A stretch of 63,926 nucleotides of DNA, filler included, from Gonapodya sp. JEL0774 (Eukaryota), in assembly GCA_027604505.1 (NCBI GenBank). It is 3 parts of 3 records of this genome, joined end to end, with 100 filler letters (N's around TTAATTAATTAA, not from the genome) between each part and the next. Parts side by side here need not be neighbours in the genome. Positions count along the whole stretch, not along the records: positions 1 to 26,558 come from JADIIX010000222.1; 2 more parts are not named here. One strand, written 5' to 3'. A program made the position numbers and the translations under genes. The notes beneath the pieces are model-generated. The model saw only the letters and a list, made by a program, of their open reading frames with translations, searched no databases and was not told where the DNA came from. Of the stretch, positions 12,139-26,658 are shown in pieces (the stretch's first letter is position 1; each line of letters starts with the position of its first letter).

Positions 12139-14914
12139 CTAAAAGATGTGAGGACACAGGAGAAAAAGCGGGTAAAAGGGTTGAGCGGACTTCACATTCA
12201 AGCATTGATAGTATCGCCGGACGTCTGAGTGTTGGTTGGATTCCCCTGGAAGATTTGTTTTGAAGTGCGAAGGATTCATTAGGTTCTTGCTTTCTGGAAT
12301 AATCAAAGAATTAGCAAAAGAAAACTTGGTAGAGACATAAAACGTGATAGTTGATGGGAGAATCACAAAGCGACTGGGGCGTCCGAGAGCAGGCACTTAT
12401 TATAACCCAGCCCAGCCGCCACACAGCTGCACGGCTTCACAAAGGCTTGTCGGCCCATAGTTGGCGTTTTCGTAATTAAGCCCAAACACAACACGTGAAA
12501 CGTCAACCGTCACCTCTGTTGCAAAGTTATCCCATGATCGAACAGCCACCCAAACCTTTGAATTCTGTTCCATTCTGTTTCACTCATTTATTTTCAATAC
12601 CCCATGCTTTTCTCAAAAATAAGTAAATAGTGCAAAAGAACATGTCGAAATTCCAAAATATTTCGTGTTCGATGTTGAGGCTCAAGTGTGATGGCTCGGG
12701 CACTGCCTCTGACTTCTAACCGCAAGTATGAGCAGCGTCGTCGCTTATCGCGGCCGCTTGGGTACCGATTTGCTTCCGACATCTGGGAGTTCTTCGGTTG
12801 GAGCGGCGTTGCTTGTTTCCGAAGTTTTCAATTGAATCGGGCTGCTCTCCGCATCTGGATGGTTTCCCAGCGTTCATCCGGCAAACATATCTGCACATCC
12901 ATAGACACACGGAGCTGGTACAACTCTCCACACGTTGCAGAGACGGTGATCGGACCCGGTGGGTACCGCTGAGCTGGTATGGCGGAGGCTGCGCGGGTGA
13001 TGTTAGAGGTTGTTGGATAATCCTGGTTTGTGTTGATTTCTGTGCACTTTGCGCACATTATTTTCGCGCTTCAGCTTTTTTCTTGATTTTCACAGGAAAA
13101 GGGCAAGTCTATGCGATAAATAAATGAAATGGAATGCCCAATAATGTTGGAAAACTGTTGGCCGTTTGATCAATGGTTACAAGGTTGGCACTACAAGTCG
13201 CTAATATTGATCAACTACTCCATTAGACCATTTTAAACTTAAGTCGCATCTCACATCTTGCACATGTCCACATTGCTGAGGAACGTACCGAAATTACCCA
13301 CCCCTGAAATAAAGTCCTTCCCCATCTCGTAATATGGGTTCTTGAAATAGACATACATCGTATCAAAGTGTATTAACCAGTCCAAACGCTCCACAGTTTT
13401 CTGACCACCGGTAGGGGTAACATAGATTTCAAAGGAAACACGGATGCGACCTTGCAGGCCGTTGTTCCAGTCAGAGTCGGTCACTCGTGCGGAGGCACTG
13501 TTGACGAAGCAGCCAGCCGCTGGGTTTGGCACGGTGGCAGGATAGCAATGGGGCTGCGAGTACTTCAAATTTTCAACTCGAGCACTGTGGGGGTCGACGT
13601 CTATGCTAAAAAGCTCAATTTGGCCACTGATAAGGACATTCCAATCGCAATGTGGAGTTGAACGATCCTGTTAGCAAGAACGTCTGCACTGCCAATGCAC
13701 AATCGACCAGTGCCCACCTGGCGGCTGAAAAAGAAAACTCGCTTCATTGTTACCTTGTAGTCAAGGTTGATCCTCATGTCACCGGGACACACCTTAAGCC
13801 ACACCCCGTGCTGCACATGCCAATCCCAACTCTTCGCGAAAGCGGCTGAGCAAAGAAGGGCAAGAGCGATCAGAACTGCACAGAGTGCAAGAACTACTCT
13901 TGGGGTGCAGTGGGAGTTTGAGACGGCCATACGGGAGCTGTTGGTTGGAGGAAGAATAGAGACCACTCAATGGACTCGCAAGAAACTGTGTAATCATGGA
14001 TCTATGGATTAACGGATATACAATACAAATATATATATATATACTAATATATCTTTTTACCTCGGAACTGAATTTCTTGCTAGAAGGTGGTGTTTTCAAG
14101 CCTCCTCTTGTAGCGGGGCTGACACTGGTGATGGTCGGGAGTGAAGGGAAAGATGTTAGATGACAAGGTGCATCTTCTGATAAGCCAAAGCTTAGTAGAA
14201 CTGGTTGCATTCGGCAGTAAAACACCAGCACTAAAAGCTTCCTGCATCAAGTTGCTCTGAACCACATCATACATGATCTTGGGCTTTATTGCACGCGGGG
14301 TTATCGCCATGTGTGGACCCAGTTTGCTACAATTACCACGTGTCAAATTCAGTCCACATTTTCCGTAGATCGTGACAAAAACTCACTCAAAGTCCCCAAC
14401 GTCAATTGTGCCCATTTGAAACGAGCTGGCCGTTCTGTTGGTTAAGTATCTGGTTGAGAAAAGCAGGGGCGTTTTGGGAGACCAACGATAAGAAAGATAC
14501 TATCCTGGACCTGAAGAAAAAATCCGAGATCCTCACACATATGCGTCAACACAGCTTGCGAAGCATCCTGCTGCTTCACTTGAGCGAGAACCATATATGC
14601 TTGAAGTCCCTCCGCGGGATGAAATAAATGCCATTTTACGCGCGCTCAAAAGTATTTTCTCAGAGCTTCACAGTGATCTCTTTTGTTGGTCCGATTCTGT
14701 CAACGCAAGAACAATCCTGAGCCACGTTGCAATCATCGCCATTATTCTCCACCACAAACTGACTTGGTCACCACCAATGCGATGATCCCTAGTCTAAGTC
14801 CAGTTCCGAATGTTCTTTTGAATGTCCTTTTGTGGCGAGTGTGAGGGATGTGGTTAAACTTGGCTCCGAAGCAGGAATTCCGATCGTCGTCAACCCAAAT
14901 TCAGATCAAGACAT
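12139..14914 (-). pseudogene. Disrupted paralogue of the dCache-HAMP gene at 19511-22084; 5' part ~14195-14914, last exon ~12139-12294
   Basis: ATGTCTTGA (premature stop at codon 3, versus ATGTCTCGA in the intact copy). Shared segments: GLRLGIIALVVT, DASQAVxTHM, KLGPHMAI..RAI.P.I.Y..V.SN..QEA, and last exon (S/N)KNLMNP(S/T)H. Confidence 0.8.
13251..13930 (-). CDS. Small secreted protein of unknown function (2 exons, ~190 aa)
   Basis: Hydrophobic signal peptide (VVLALCAVLIALALLCSAAFA); GT-AG intron with GCTAAC branch point joins ...LDYK to DRSTPHCDW...; frame stays open to the stop at 13251. Confidence 0.7.
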
Positions 14915-15440
14915 GTGTTATTCAGTGATGCTTAGTTGACCTTGTTGGGGATCAGACCAGGTGTGTGTTGGTTTTCACCGTTTGTTTGAGCGGACCGGCA
15001 CATGCCTGAGTGAGTCCACCACGCAGTAGCCTTTACTAGCCCCCCCCTGCTCCCGTCGCCAAACGGACCCGAGACATGCTATTAATTTTCAAACTGAGTT
15101 CATTCTTGAAGCCTGCATGATGACAGGAAAGGAGGAGCGAGGTTGCGAAATAAACTCGGATGATATTTTTCTTCAATCTCTCCTTTCGTCGCACGTAAAT
15201 ATGTACTCAGCGGCAGGCTTCTACCAATTCAGGGACACAGGGCTTACGGTCGCGAGGGATGAAGTAGGCGAAGATGTAAGAAAGGCCGGGAACTTCACTC
15301 GATACAATTTATGTGCAAAATCAATATGGCGACAAGCTATTACTTCTAGATATGAGAAATTGTTGTAGATGCTGTGCAGAGTTCCTGTTCGGTGGTGCAC
15401 GCCCAGCTGCGAAGATGATGGAATTCTCGAAGACTGGCAA

Positions 15441-17142
15441 TCAGTTAAGTGGCGCCCGCAGTCGTAACTCACGCGTTCCGCTATTGAATACATTGATCAC
15501 CTGCTGAGACGTATCCACCAGTGTTGAGCTTGTTACACCAGGGGCGAATCGTTGACCCTGACTTAACGACGGCATCAGCTTCCCATCCGAGCCCTGCGTC
15601 ACTTTGCCGTCGGGTCCTAGCACATTATTCGAATCGTAAATAGGGTCCCCATCTGTGATTTTGTATGTTTCCTGAGTATCGATAGGTCCTATTAGTGTGT
15701 TATCAGAGTTCAAACCTCACGGCAATACGGCTTACGATAAACATCCCAACCAAGTGGTCAAGCAATCCTGGACCTCCCAGTGAGAATCGCATGGAAACAC
15801 CACCAATAGCAGTGTCCTTTTGCAAGCCCCAACGCAGAACTGCCTCATATGTAGGTTCGATGTTGCCTTGGCTAGTTCGCTCGTAGACATTCAGTATCGT
15901 GTGTTTAGAGGAGGCGAGGAAGCGCACAGTTCGAGAAATTTTGCCCATATTGTTGTAGCTGAGGGGACTGCGCTTTTGCTTCGTGTGACGCTTTGTGTCA
16001 ACTGAAATTGAAGGTCGTTTAACGTGAGGAAACACATCGCAAAATTCTTAAGATATTCACCGCCGAGCATTGGTTCCGCATCAGCCAGCGCCTTTCGCTT
16101 TCTCCATTCATCTCTAAAAGTGAGTTGGCGGAAACTTTATGTGAAATTGGGGGTGGAGAGGATTGGCACTATTACTACGGAGCCGCCCACCACGTTCGGG
16201 GATTGATGTAGGTTATCTCACTCACGTTGCGCGAAACTCTCTCCTTCTGGGATCTTTCATGAGCATAAGCCTGTGATTCTCTGCAACAGAGGCTGCTTCT
16301 TCCTGCCTTTGGTCCGAGATTCGAGTGCGCTTATGCAAAAATACGGACTTGCTACGATTGTAGTTGACAACGTTGTCAAGTTTCGCGACAACGGGGGACG
16401 GGTTCAGGACGAGTGGGTTTTGTGCCCCAGCCTTTCCAATACCAAACGCTGGTTAATGAATTACAGAGTAACGCCGACAATCCTCTTTTTCACTGCTCAG
16501 AACATGACGCATTGAATTCGCCACACGTTTACTCACCATGAATCTCGCTTCCATGTCCAGCAAATCGTCTTCGTAGCATGGTGCACCTCGCCGTTGCTTG
16601 CTATGCAGGGTTGCAAGGTCTGTCCAGATACTTCGCATGGTGGGCTTTAAGATGACACGCTGGGGAGGCGGTGAAGAGCGTGAAGGTCGCTCGGAGCCTT
16701 TTTGAAGTGCTCGATAGTCGAAGACATCAAGTGCAAGCGCCCCTGCGAGATAGCACACAGCGAAGAAATTGTAAAGTAGTGGGACGACAGCTGAAAATTG
16801 ACAGCCAATCACCGTTTTCAAACTTCGCTCCCCAGTTATCCAACAGTTCCGAGAACTCATGTGGTAACTGCTCTTTGGCAACCGCCTCCAGCAGGCCCTA
16901 GCAATAAAGAGTTTTCCAATCCCTCGTTCAACGCAATGCATGCCAAACACGTAGCTCCTACCTTCAGGGGTCCACTGTATTGTTGGGCGACGTTCTGGGA
17001 ACGAGACAGGAACAATAAGAGCATATTATGAAGGAAACAACCACAAACTAAGGAAACAGTACATGGTACTCATGGGTTTCGAATTTACCTCATTACCGAT
17101 TGTAAAATGGTTTGGAAACAGGCGTAATGGAAGTGCATCCAT
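15441..17142 (-). CDS. SPT20: SAGA complex subunit Spt20 (multi-exon)
   Basis: Spliced: LRLFPNHFTI...YSGPLKGLLEAV..EQLPHEFSELL...FENGALALDVFDYR...RVILKPTMRSIWTDL...LLDMEARFM...PLVLNPSP, matching Spt20 family motifs. The 3' end is less certain. Confidence 0.8.
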
Positions 17143-17343
17143 AAAAGAAGAGGATCAAACACAATGGCCGCGCAGGATTTGGTTTGCTTCGCAGATTCTG
17201 TGAGAAGATGGCAGAGCCACGTCAAGTGACGGAAGCGTCAAGTTGTGCTTGGTAGTGGAGGTCAATCGCCGGGAAGCGGCAAAACTCGTGTGGGGTTGGC
17301 CCCTCTCAGTCTCAGTCATCCCAGGATTGTTCCAAAACTCGAT

Positions 17344-19185
<1,842 letters not shown>

Positions 19186-19510
19186 GTGGTAGGCAAAAAA
19201 GGAGGTGACGAGAATCGGATGATTGTGCAGGAGGGACAGATGAAGGAGGGGCGAAGAAGTTTCTGTCATCAGCAGCACCAGTATTAGCGATCCATTTATA
19301 ATTTTGCAAGTTATAGCTAATAGCAGGGCCAATTGGGCATTGATATCAAAGATTGAGGTAATATATGTTCGTGCGGCTCGCAGTGGTTTGTTTGCCTTTC
19401 ACTCTTTGATACAATATTAAAACAAGACTCTTTGATACACTCCGGTCTCCGCTCGGCCGGGAAGAGGTTGTTCATAGGAAATGTCTCCGAGACGCCAACA
19501 GGGGCCGCAT

Positions 19511-22084
19511 TCACCCAGCAATTGCATTACCCGATTTTGTGACTGCCGCTTGGTTCGATACTGCCGATGGGTTTGATTTGGAATGGGTCGGGTTCATTAG
19601 GTTCTTGTTTTCTGTGTGTCAAGCAGTTTTATGTCAATCGAAAACAACACGACTTGTTTCATCAGACTCACGTTTCAGAGCGTCGGCAAAAACTTTCTGT
19701 GATCCCATTTCACCAGCATATAGTCAAAAATCAAGTAGAAAAAGCGACTTATTACCAGATAACTTACAAGCATTTCGAAAAATCTGAGCTGAAGAATCTG
19801 AATCTCGGTTATCAGTGAGAACCGTTTGCCTTCATGCATGGATAACTCCCGCACGACACTGAAATCAAACTTCGACGCCTGTTTGCGTCACAGCATTCGT
19901 TAGGCGTTCTCACATTTGTTTGTTACGAACGAAACTTGCCTTTTGCATTGCCAGCAGCATGAAGTGCATTGGCTTAAGGATCAAGTACTCTGTGAGAAGG
20001 GCACTAGAGACGCACATCACAACAAAGATTACGACCGCTGCCGGAAACAATCGGTAGAATGTTTGGAGTTAAAAACACGGGAACCCGGGTTCCTTCAATT
20101 AATCTTACCGATTATTATGATGTTTCTATTTGTCACCTGCAACCTGTCTGCTAGTTTTGATTGCAGAATCAACGTGTCTGAAAGATAGTCGTTGGCGGGC
20201 TGAGGGAGTCACGTCAGTCACATCAAGATACGAGACAACTGAAAAAGATAAAAGTCGCTGTCGCATACCGCTCCTGAAACAATAATCCATTTGTAGTTTG
20301 CCCGCTTATAAGTCACAACCTGGGAAGGGAAGCGTTTGATTCAATCCGCAATCAAATTGATCTGCACAGCGGGTTACGAATTGGTACCTGGAAGTAGAAA
20401 TCCCCTTGAGAATATTGTGCATCAGGAACATCGTTGTCGAGGTTCCTCCCGGAAGACTCATATACTGCCGCCGCGGAAACGTTAACAAGCGGATAGTCTG
20501 CTAGGGGAAAGTCCCATATCGTCTTGAGGGTGTAGCTACTCCCCGAAGAAACGATTAAAGGCTTTTTTATGTTTGTAAAGACAAACTTAGGAGTGTTGCG
20601 TGGAATGGAACAGACAACAGAGAACATACAGACGTAGTAGTCATGTTCGGAGCACTCATTCCAGTCATTCCAAGAACCTGGCCAAGATGATTGATTATGT
20701 AGTAGACCGAGTTTGGAGTAGAAGTTGCCTTCAGCGTATCCAAAATGACGGCCAAGTTATCCGGCGTGAACACCACGAGGCCAGCCGCGACAAACTGGTT
20801 CTGAGAATCCCAGATCGGATACGTGATGAACTGAACAACGAGGACGGTACCGAACGCCGAGATACTTGTGGACGGATCTGAGATGAAGACACTTCCGAGT
20901 GCGGCGCCGTGAACCTGGGGATACCACGGCCTCTTCCACATTTGGAGTCCCGCAGCCGTCTGGGAGTTCAAGCCACCACGCAAGAATGTACCGTTGCCTG
21001 TTTGAGTGAGCCACCAGTTCATGGAGCGGGTGCCTGTTGAGACAACCGGACAGTACGTCTGACACGTCTTGTTGACAGCGATGTAGAGGAAGTAGTAGTT
21101 GGTGGGTTCGGAGGACGTCGCATTGTCGAAGAGGTACCCGACCCCGGCGGCTTCTTGAGAGGCGTTGCTGTACACCATATGGTACCGGATGCTGGGCCTA
21201 ATAGCACGCAAATTTATTGCCATGTGGGGACCCAATTTGCTGTGTGATCGCATAAAATGGAGATGGTGTCACTACTTTTAATGCAAAACACCCATCCATC
21301 TTCATAGATCGCAAACGTGGACTCACTCAAAGTCCCCGACATCAAGAATCCCCATTTGTACAGAGCTTACTGTTGCATTGGTTAATCCATAGATCTTGCT
21401 GAGTGATGTCTCTGTGTCGGCCGACAGGTGTTGCGTTGTTGTTGTTGTGGGATCCAAACACAAAAAAGCGACGAATCACAAAACTTTATCAGCACAACAT
21501 CGGCGTTCACCAACGATCCCTCTATAATTCAGATCCTTACCCATATGTGTCATCACGGCCTGCGAGGCATCCCGTTGTCTCGCCCGAGCGAGCGCCATGA
21601 TGTTAGATGTACCTGCACGGTTCCGCGCGAGCAAGAAGTTGAAAATTCAAAAGTCGAAAGTAAAATGAGTGAAGAATGCGTGAAGAAGTTTTCGTCCATA
21701 TTCTTGATCTCACCTTGCGCGATGGCTTCGGTGTTTGATTGATTCGACGCAAAATACGAAATCACGGAAAGAGCAATGGCCACCGTCGCAACACTGAGCG
21801 CGATTTCGAGACACAGAGGCGAATACATAATCCCATCGTGTTACCGGCGGGGTGTGATCACGTTCAGCCGGGAGCACAATGTCCCCCAGTGTCCCACCAA
21901 TGCAAAACACAACTCACTTGGTGACCACCAACGCGATGATCCCCAGTCTCAATCCCACTCCAAAGGCTCTCCCCGATGCCTTTGCCGTTCCCTTTGCTTG
22001 AGTCCCGGGAGACACCGACGAGGTCGAGATCCCGCTCGTCATGGGGTGACCGGTCGCCGTTGTCCCAAACTCGGATCGAGACAT
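19511..22084 (-). CDS. Membrane sensor protein: TM - dCache-like extracellular domain - TM - HAMP-like region, no catalytic domain
   Basis: TM1 (LGIIALVVTNVATVAIALSVISYF); Cache-like motifs KRPWY, ITYPIWD...F, VYYIINHLGQVLG, WIIVSGAPANDYL; TM2 (IIIIGAVVIFVVMCV..L); HAMP-like KPMHFMLLAMQKASKFDFS...EIQILQLRFFEML; short tail to TGA at 19511. Confidence 0.72.
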
Positions 22085-23225
22085 GATGTGTGAACGTGTG
22101 CCTTGGTGTGATGTGACACAATTGATGATGGTGTGGGGTGGGGATGGGATCGCGGGGCGATGGAGGTGAGACGAAAGTGGGGGATCGTATTAATTCCAGA
22201 TGAGTGTTGAAAGCCCGACCTGCGCCTGAGTCGAGTGAGGCAGCCACTGGCTGCCAGGGTCCAGTCCGAAGAACTTTGAGAGATATAATTTTTTACATAA
22301 TAGTGCAACGTCCCCTCGTGTGATAATTATTTCCATGTTACTCAAACTAATCATACTTTTGATCTTTCACGTGGTTTGTTGCCCGCCCGCACCTCATCGC
22401 GTCTCCCAACCAACGGGCCCTCTTCACCTCCACACAGCAAAGTCCATGGTTCATCTGAGTTACCAGTTGCTCGTCTCACGAAACCGGTGTCATCTACTTG
22501 TCCATTTGACTCTTGCTCCCATCGCTCTTTCTGCCCAACACGCTGCAGGGCAGCCCGTACATCCTCACGTGAGTCCACACTTGCGACGTCGGCTCAACCC
22601 TGGCGTTCCCCAGAATGCAAGCCATCCCCACTCATCCTCTGGGTCGCTGGATGCTGAATGCGGGCCGGGCACGCACCGCCGTCCGCCGTCCGCCGTCTGC
22701 GGTCCGTCCGGTCACTCGCACACAGAGCTGCCCGCGCGAATCAAAGTGTGTGCGTGTGCCGTCCCGCCAGTCCCGTGTCCACCACTTTCTCTCCTCTCCT
22801 CTCCTCACCCCCTCCATTCTTCTTTTGTTCTTTTGCTCGAGGGGGATGGTGCGGTAGGGATGCGACCACAATACCGATGCATCGTCCGTCTGCTCCCCGC
22901 CCGCGATCGCCCACCCGCCACCCCCGGCGCCCCTACCGGGCGGCGGCGGCGGCACGCAAGGCCCGGGGTGCCTGGCGGGTCCGTTGTGTGCGAGTTTTCT
23001 ATTCCTTTTATTTTTTTTTCTTCTGAACTGTCCACGTCTCGCTTTCGCTTTTGCTTGTTCAGCGGGTGTGGTGTGTTGGAGCAATATATGTGCACAGTGT
23101 ATTTCACTTGACCCACACCACCGACGGAACCCTACACAAAAAACCATAGCCCTCACACCCCCCTACCACCCCCCCCCCTCACCCCCCCCACCGCCCACCG
23201 CCTCACACCCCCCCCGGCCTCGCGC

Positions 23226-24874
23226 TCACGCCTTCCCTTGACTGGCCAACTGCTGCGCGATCCGGTCCAAATCCTTCTGCCCGTCTTGAGTGATCCGGCG
23301 GCCGCCATTGTCGTCCTGTTCGAGGACCTGGGATGGTTGGCGGGGGGTGGGGGTGGGGGTGGGGGGTTGGGGGGCGGGGGGAAAGTGGTGTGAGATGGGG
23401 TGTGTGACAAGGTGACAAGTGTGGAGACGCGCGTCCCCTCCCCGCCGCGGGGCGACGAAAAGACATTCCTCGAGCCAATCTCAACCCCCACCCCGCCCGG
23501 GAGATCTGGCGCGCCCGCGCAAGACGACTGCGGCCACAACCGTCCGTCCCGAGTCGCACGGCACAGGGGGCCAACACCCCCAGAGGGCCCCCCGATGGAC
23601 GGAACGCCATCGCGGGTGGATCGTGGTTGTGGTGGGCGGGTTGCGGGTTGGACAAGGGCGTGGGCAAGTGGGGAGGGTGGGGAGGGTGGAGAGGGCAGTG
23701 TGCGGCCCACTAGTAGTCCATCGTTCCCCCGTCGCCCGTGTCCACAGTGTGAAGGGGGGAGGGTCCCGGCAGGCAGGTGGGACCAGACCGCCGCACAGTC
23801 GTCTCTTTGTTCCCACGCCCACCAAAAACCACCGCACAGGATCACACTCGTGCTGCTTCGTCCACAATGTCCTCCCGCTCCCTCCTACACCCGAACCGCC
23901 CCCAACCTCCCCCCCACCCCAAGCCCGACGACACCCCCGATGCCCACATCCCACACCCCGAGTATCCCACCACGCTCCGCTCACCTTAATCTTCTCCAAA
24001 CTCTGCAGTACCTTCCTGGCCACGGACCCCGACGACACCGCCGACAAGTTGGGTCTGTTTCCCCTGCGCTTGCGCCCGCCATACACCTTGCGGAGCGCAC
24101 CGACGCCGACGCCTTGGCGGAGGTAGATGTGGCGGGCGACAGCGGCTGGGGGGGGGGGGCGGGCGGGGGGATATGGGGATGGGGAAAAGGGGGAAGGAGG
24201 GGAAGGGGGGGAAGGGAAAAGGTGAGACGGGACATCACGTGAATGGGTAAAAGAGGGGTGTTTCGGACTTGTGGTGGGGGGAGACAAATGTGCGTTCGAC
24301 GCCATGGTGTGGTTTGCGTCGATACGTCGACCGGTCGTGCCGTGGACCGACGGACCCACGGACGCACATGGACCCATGGACCCATGGACCCATGGACCTA
24401 CGGAACCACACGGACCCACGGACCCTCTGGTGTCGACGGGTCTCCAGAAACACTCCAAGTCAGGTACCCCGTGCCATTCCCCGCCGACACATCCGCCTCT
24501 CCGTCGATGGGCCAACGTCCCACGGGTGCATTTTTTTTCTTTTTCTTTTGTGTGACCGACCCGGTGAATGGGAACGGGGAGTGCAGTCCAAGTGCGGGAG
24601 CCGAGGTGGAAAGGGACACACCGCGTCACTCCAGCACGTCAGGTCCGATCCTGGGAAGGAGAGAAGAGAAGAGAGGAGGGAGATTGGGAATAAGAGACTC
24701 ACCAGCACGGACGTAGTACCAGTCAGCGTCGTAAGGGCCGAGCTCCTTGTAGGTGCCGGTTTTGACGGTGTCCGTCCATTTAGGGACCTCGAGCTTTCCA
24801 GTACGCTTGAGGTAGGCGGCGTAGGCGACGACGAAAGCGTGAGGGTCTACGTCTTTTACGGTGACACCGGGCAT
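23226..24874 (-). CDS. RPS19: 40S ribosomal protein S19 (eS19), 3 exons
   Basis: MPGVTVKDV...[25 protein letters not shown]...[36 protein letters not shown]. Confidence 0.98.
24367..24398. repeat. (CATGGACC)x4 tandem repeat in RPS19 intron 1
   Basis: Read directly; flanked by degenerate GGACCCAC copies. Confidence 0.85.
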
Positions 24875-25261
24875 GCTACGAGGGATGAATGTGGAATGGG
24901 GAATTGGGGGAGGGTATGTGAGGAGGGGAGGTGGATGGAAGGTGGATGGAGGGAAGGGGGAGGGATTGAAGGGAAGGGAGGTGAGCAGGGGCCACAGAGA
25001 GAGAACGAGTGGGGAATGCGGGTGACTCGGGGACTCCACGCACGCTGCAGTCGATGGATGGTTGTGATGGGGCGGAGGAGAGGGGAGGGCAGTGTGCGGG
25101 TGTGCTGTGGTCGCATCAGACCCCCCCACTCACACCACGCACCCCACTCAACCCACTCTCCAACCCACACTCAACTCAACTGCACTTCAACTGCACTCTC
25201 GACCCCCGCTCTCTCCCCTCCACTCCCCCTCCCCTTTTCTCTCTCCCCTTCCCTCTCCACA

Positions 25262-26142
25262 ATGCCCCCAGACGACATCGCTCGATTCAAGGCTGCTCGT
25301 ATGTCTTCTCCCCCCTTTCCCTCCTTCTCTCACTCTCCCACTCTCTCTCTCCCTCTCTCCTTCCCTCCTTCTCCCTCTCTCCCTCCCTCTGCCCCACTCT
25401 CCCTCCCACTGCCCCACTCTCCCTCCCACTCCCCCCCCCCCCAAACACACACACAAAAAACAGCCCAGCCAAACACACCACGCAGCACACTCACTCGGAA
25501 NNNNNNNNNNTGCCCCTCATAGAACTCCGCGCTGCCAACTCACTCTCAATCCCTCCCCAGAACTCCCTCTCTTCCTCTTCCATCTCAATCCAAAATCCTC
25601 TCCCCTCCCTCCCTAAAAAGCAAAAGCCTGCAAAGAATCCTCGTCAGGCAAATCTCAACCCCCGCCTCAATGTCGCAATCGCTGACCACGTCCTCGACTG
25701 GTCAAGCCAGCAACTCCTCAACATTATCGACTTCATAAAAGTACGTCTCTTGCTCTGTGCCCCTGCTTCCCTCCTGCTCCCTGTCCCATCTCCCACCACA
25801 CTTCTGAATGCAATATCCGGTCCCCTTCCCTCCCCACACCTCATCCCCTCATCCCCCTCCTTTCCTTCTCCCATCTCACTCACTTCCTCCCCTTCCCCGC
25901 TCCCCATTCCCCCGTTCCTGCCATCCTTTCCCCCTCTCGCCCCTCTCTCCCCGCTTTCTCCCTCCCACCCCCTTGCCGCACCCCACCCCCTGCCCCAGCC
26001 CAAATTCTCCCCCGTCCCCTACGCCCACCTCAACAATTCCCTCGGCCTCGACATGGACAACCTCGACCCCCGCCTCGACGCTCTCCTACGAAACAACAAC
26101 CACATCATCCGCGACGAGAAGGAGAGGACCCTGACCTACAAG
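25262..26142 (+). CDS. TFA2: Transcription factor IIE beta subunit, 5' part (truncated by the assembly gap)
   Basis: QQLLNIIDFIK|..P...L...LDM...LDALLRNNNHI..D....TLTYK resembles the first winged-helix domain of Tfa2. Confidence 0.72.
25501..25510. other. Assembly gap (10 N)
   Basis: Run of N. Confidence 0.99.
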
Positions 26143-26558
26143 GTGAGCGGAGGCCACACGGGCACACGGGGTTAACAGGGGTGAAGGGGAGGGCGGGGGG
26201 GGGGTGGGGGGTTTAAGGGGGTTAAGGGGGGATGGGGATTCTGACATACCTTTCAGAGGGTAAGGGTGTCAGGGAGTAAAGGGAGGGGTAAAGGGGAGTT
26301 GTGGGTTTGGCAGCGGGTTTGGTCGAGGGTTTACGCGTCCGGGGATGGGGATGGGGATGGAAATGGGGATTCTGACAGACCTGTCAGAGGCATTGGCGTT
26401 GTTGCACCGCGCCGCTCGCTCTCGGGTTCACATTTCCCACGTCCCCACGGTCTCACCCTTCCCCCTTCTCCTTCCCCGCTTGCACCGCCCCTGCTCCCCT
26501 TTCCACCCTTTCCCCGTCCCTTTTCCCCTCCCTTTCCCCATCCATTCCCCTCTTTCCA

Positions 26559-26658
26559 NNNNNNNNNNNNNNNNNNNNNNNNNNNNNNNNNNNNNNNNNN
26601 NNTTAATTAATTAANNNNNNNNNNNNNNNNNNNNNNNNNNNNNNNNNNNNNNNNNNNN
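26559..26658. other. Assembly gap with artificial TTAATTAATTAA linker
   Basis: N run + six-frame stop linker + N run; same structure as 52649-52748. Confidence 0.97.

Noticed and set aside
14906..14908. In-frame TGA as selenocysteine
   Set aside because: It aligns to Arg (CGA), not Cys, in the intact paralogue, and this copy has other disruptions.
22320..25616. Long GC-rich ORFs (e.g. 24269-25522, 23400-24242; likewise 29163-30041 and 3061-4173)
   Set aside because: Low-complexity or antisense shadows of real genes and repeats; high GC suppresses stop codons.
26559..26658. TTAATTAATTAA inside N runs (also 52649-52748) as a biological motif or piggyBac site
   Set aside because: Identical 100-nt spacer structure at both gaps indicates a scaffolding linker.
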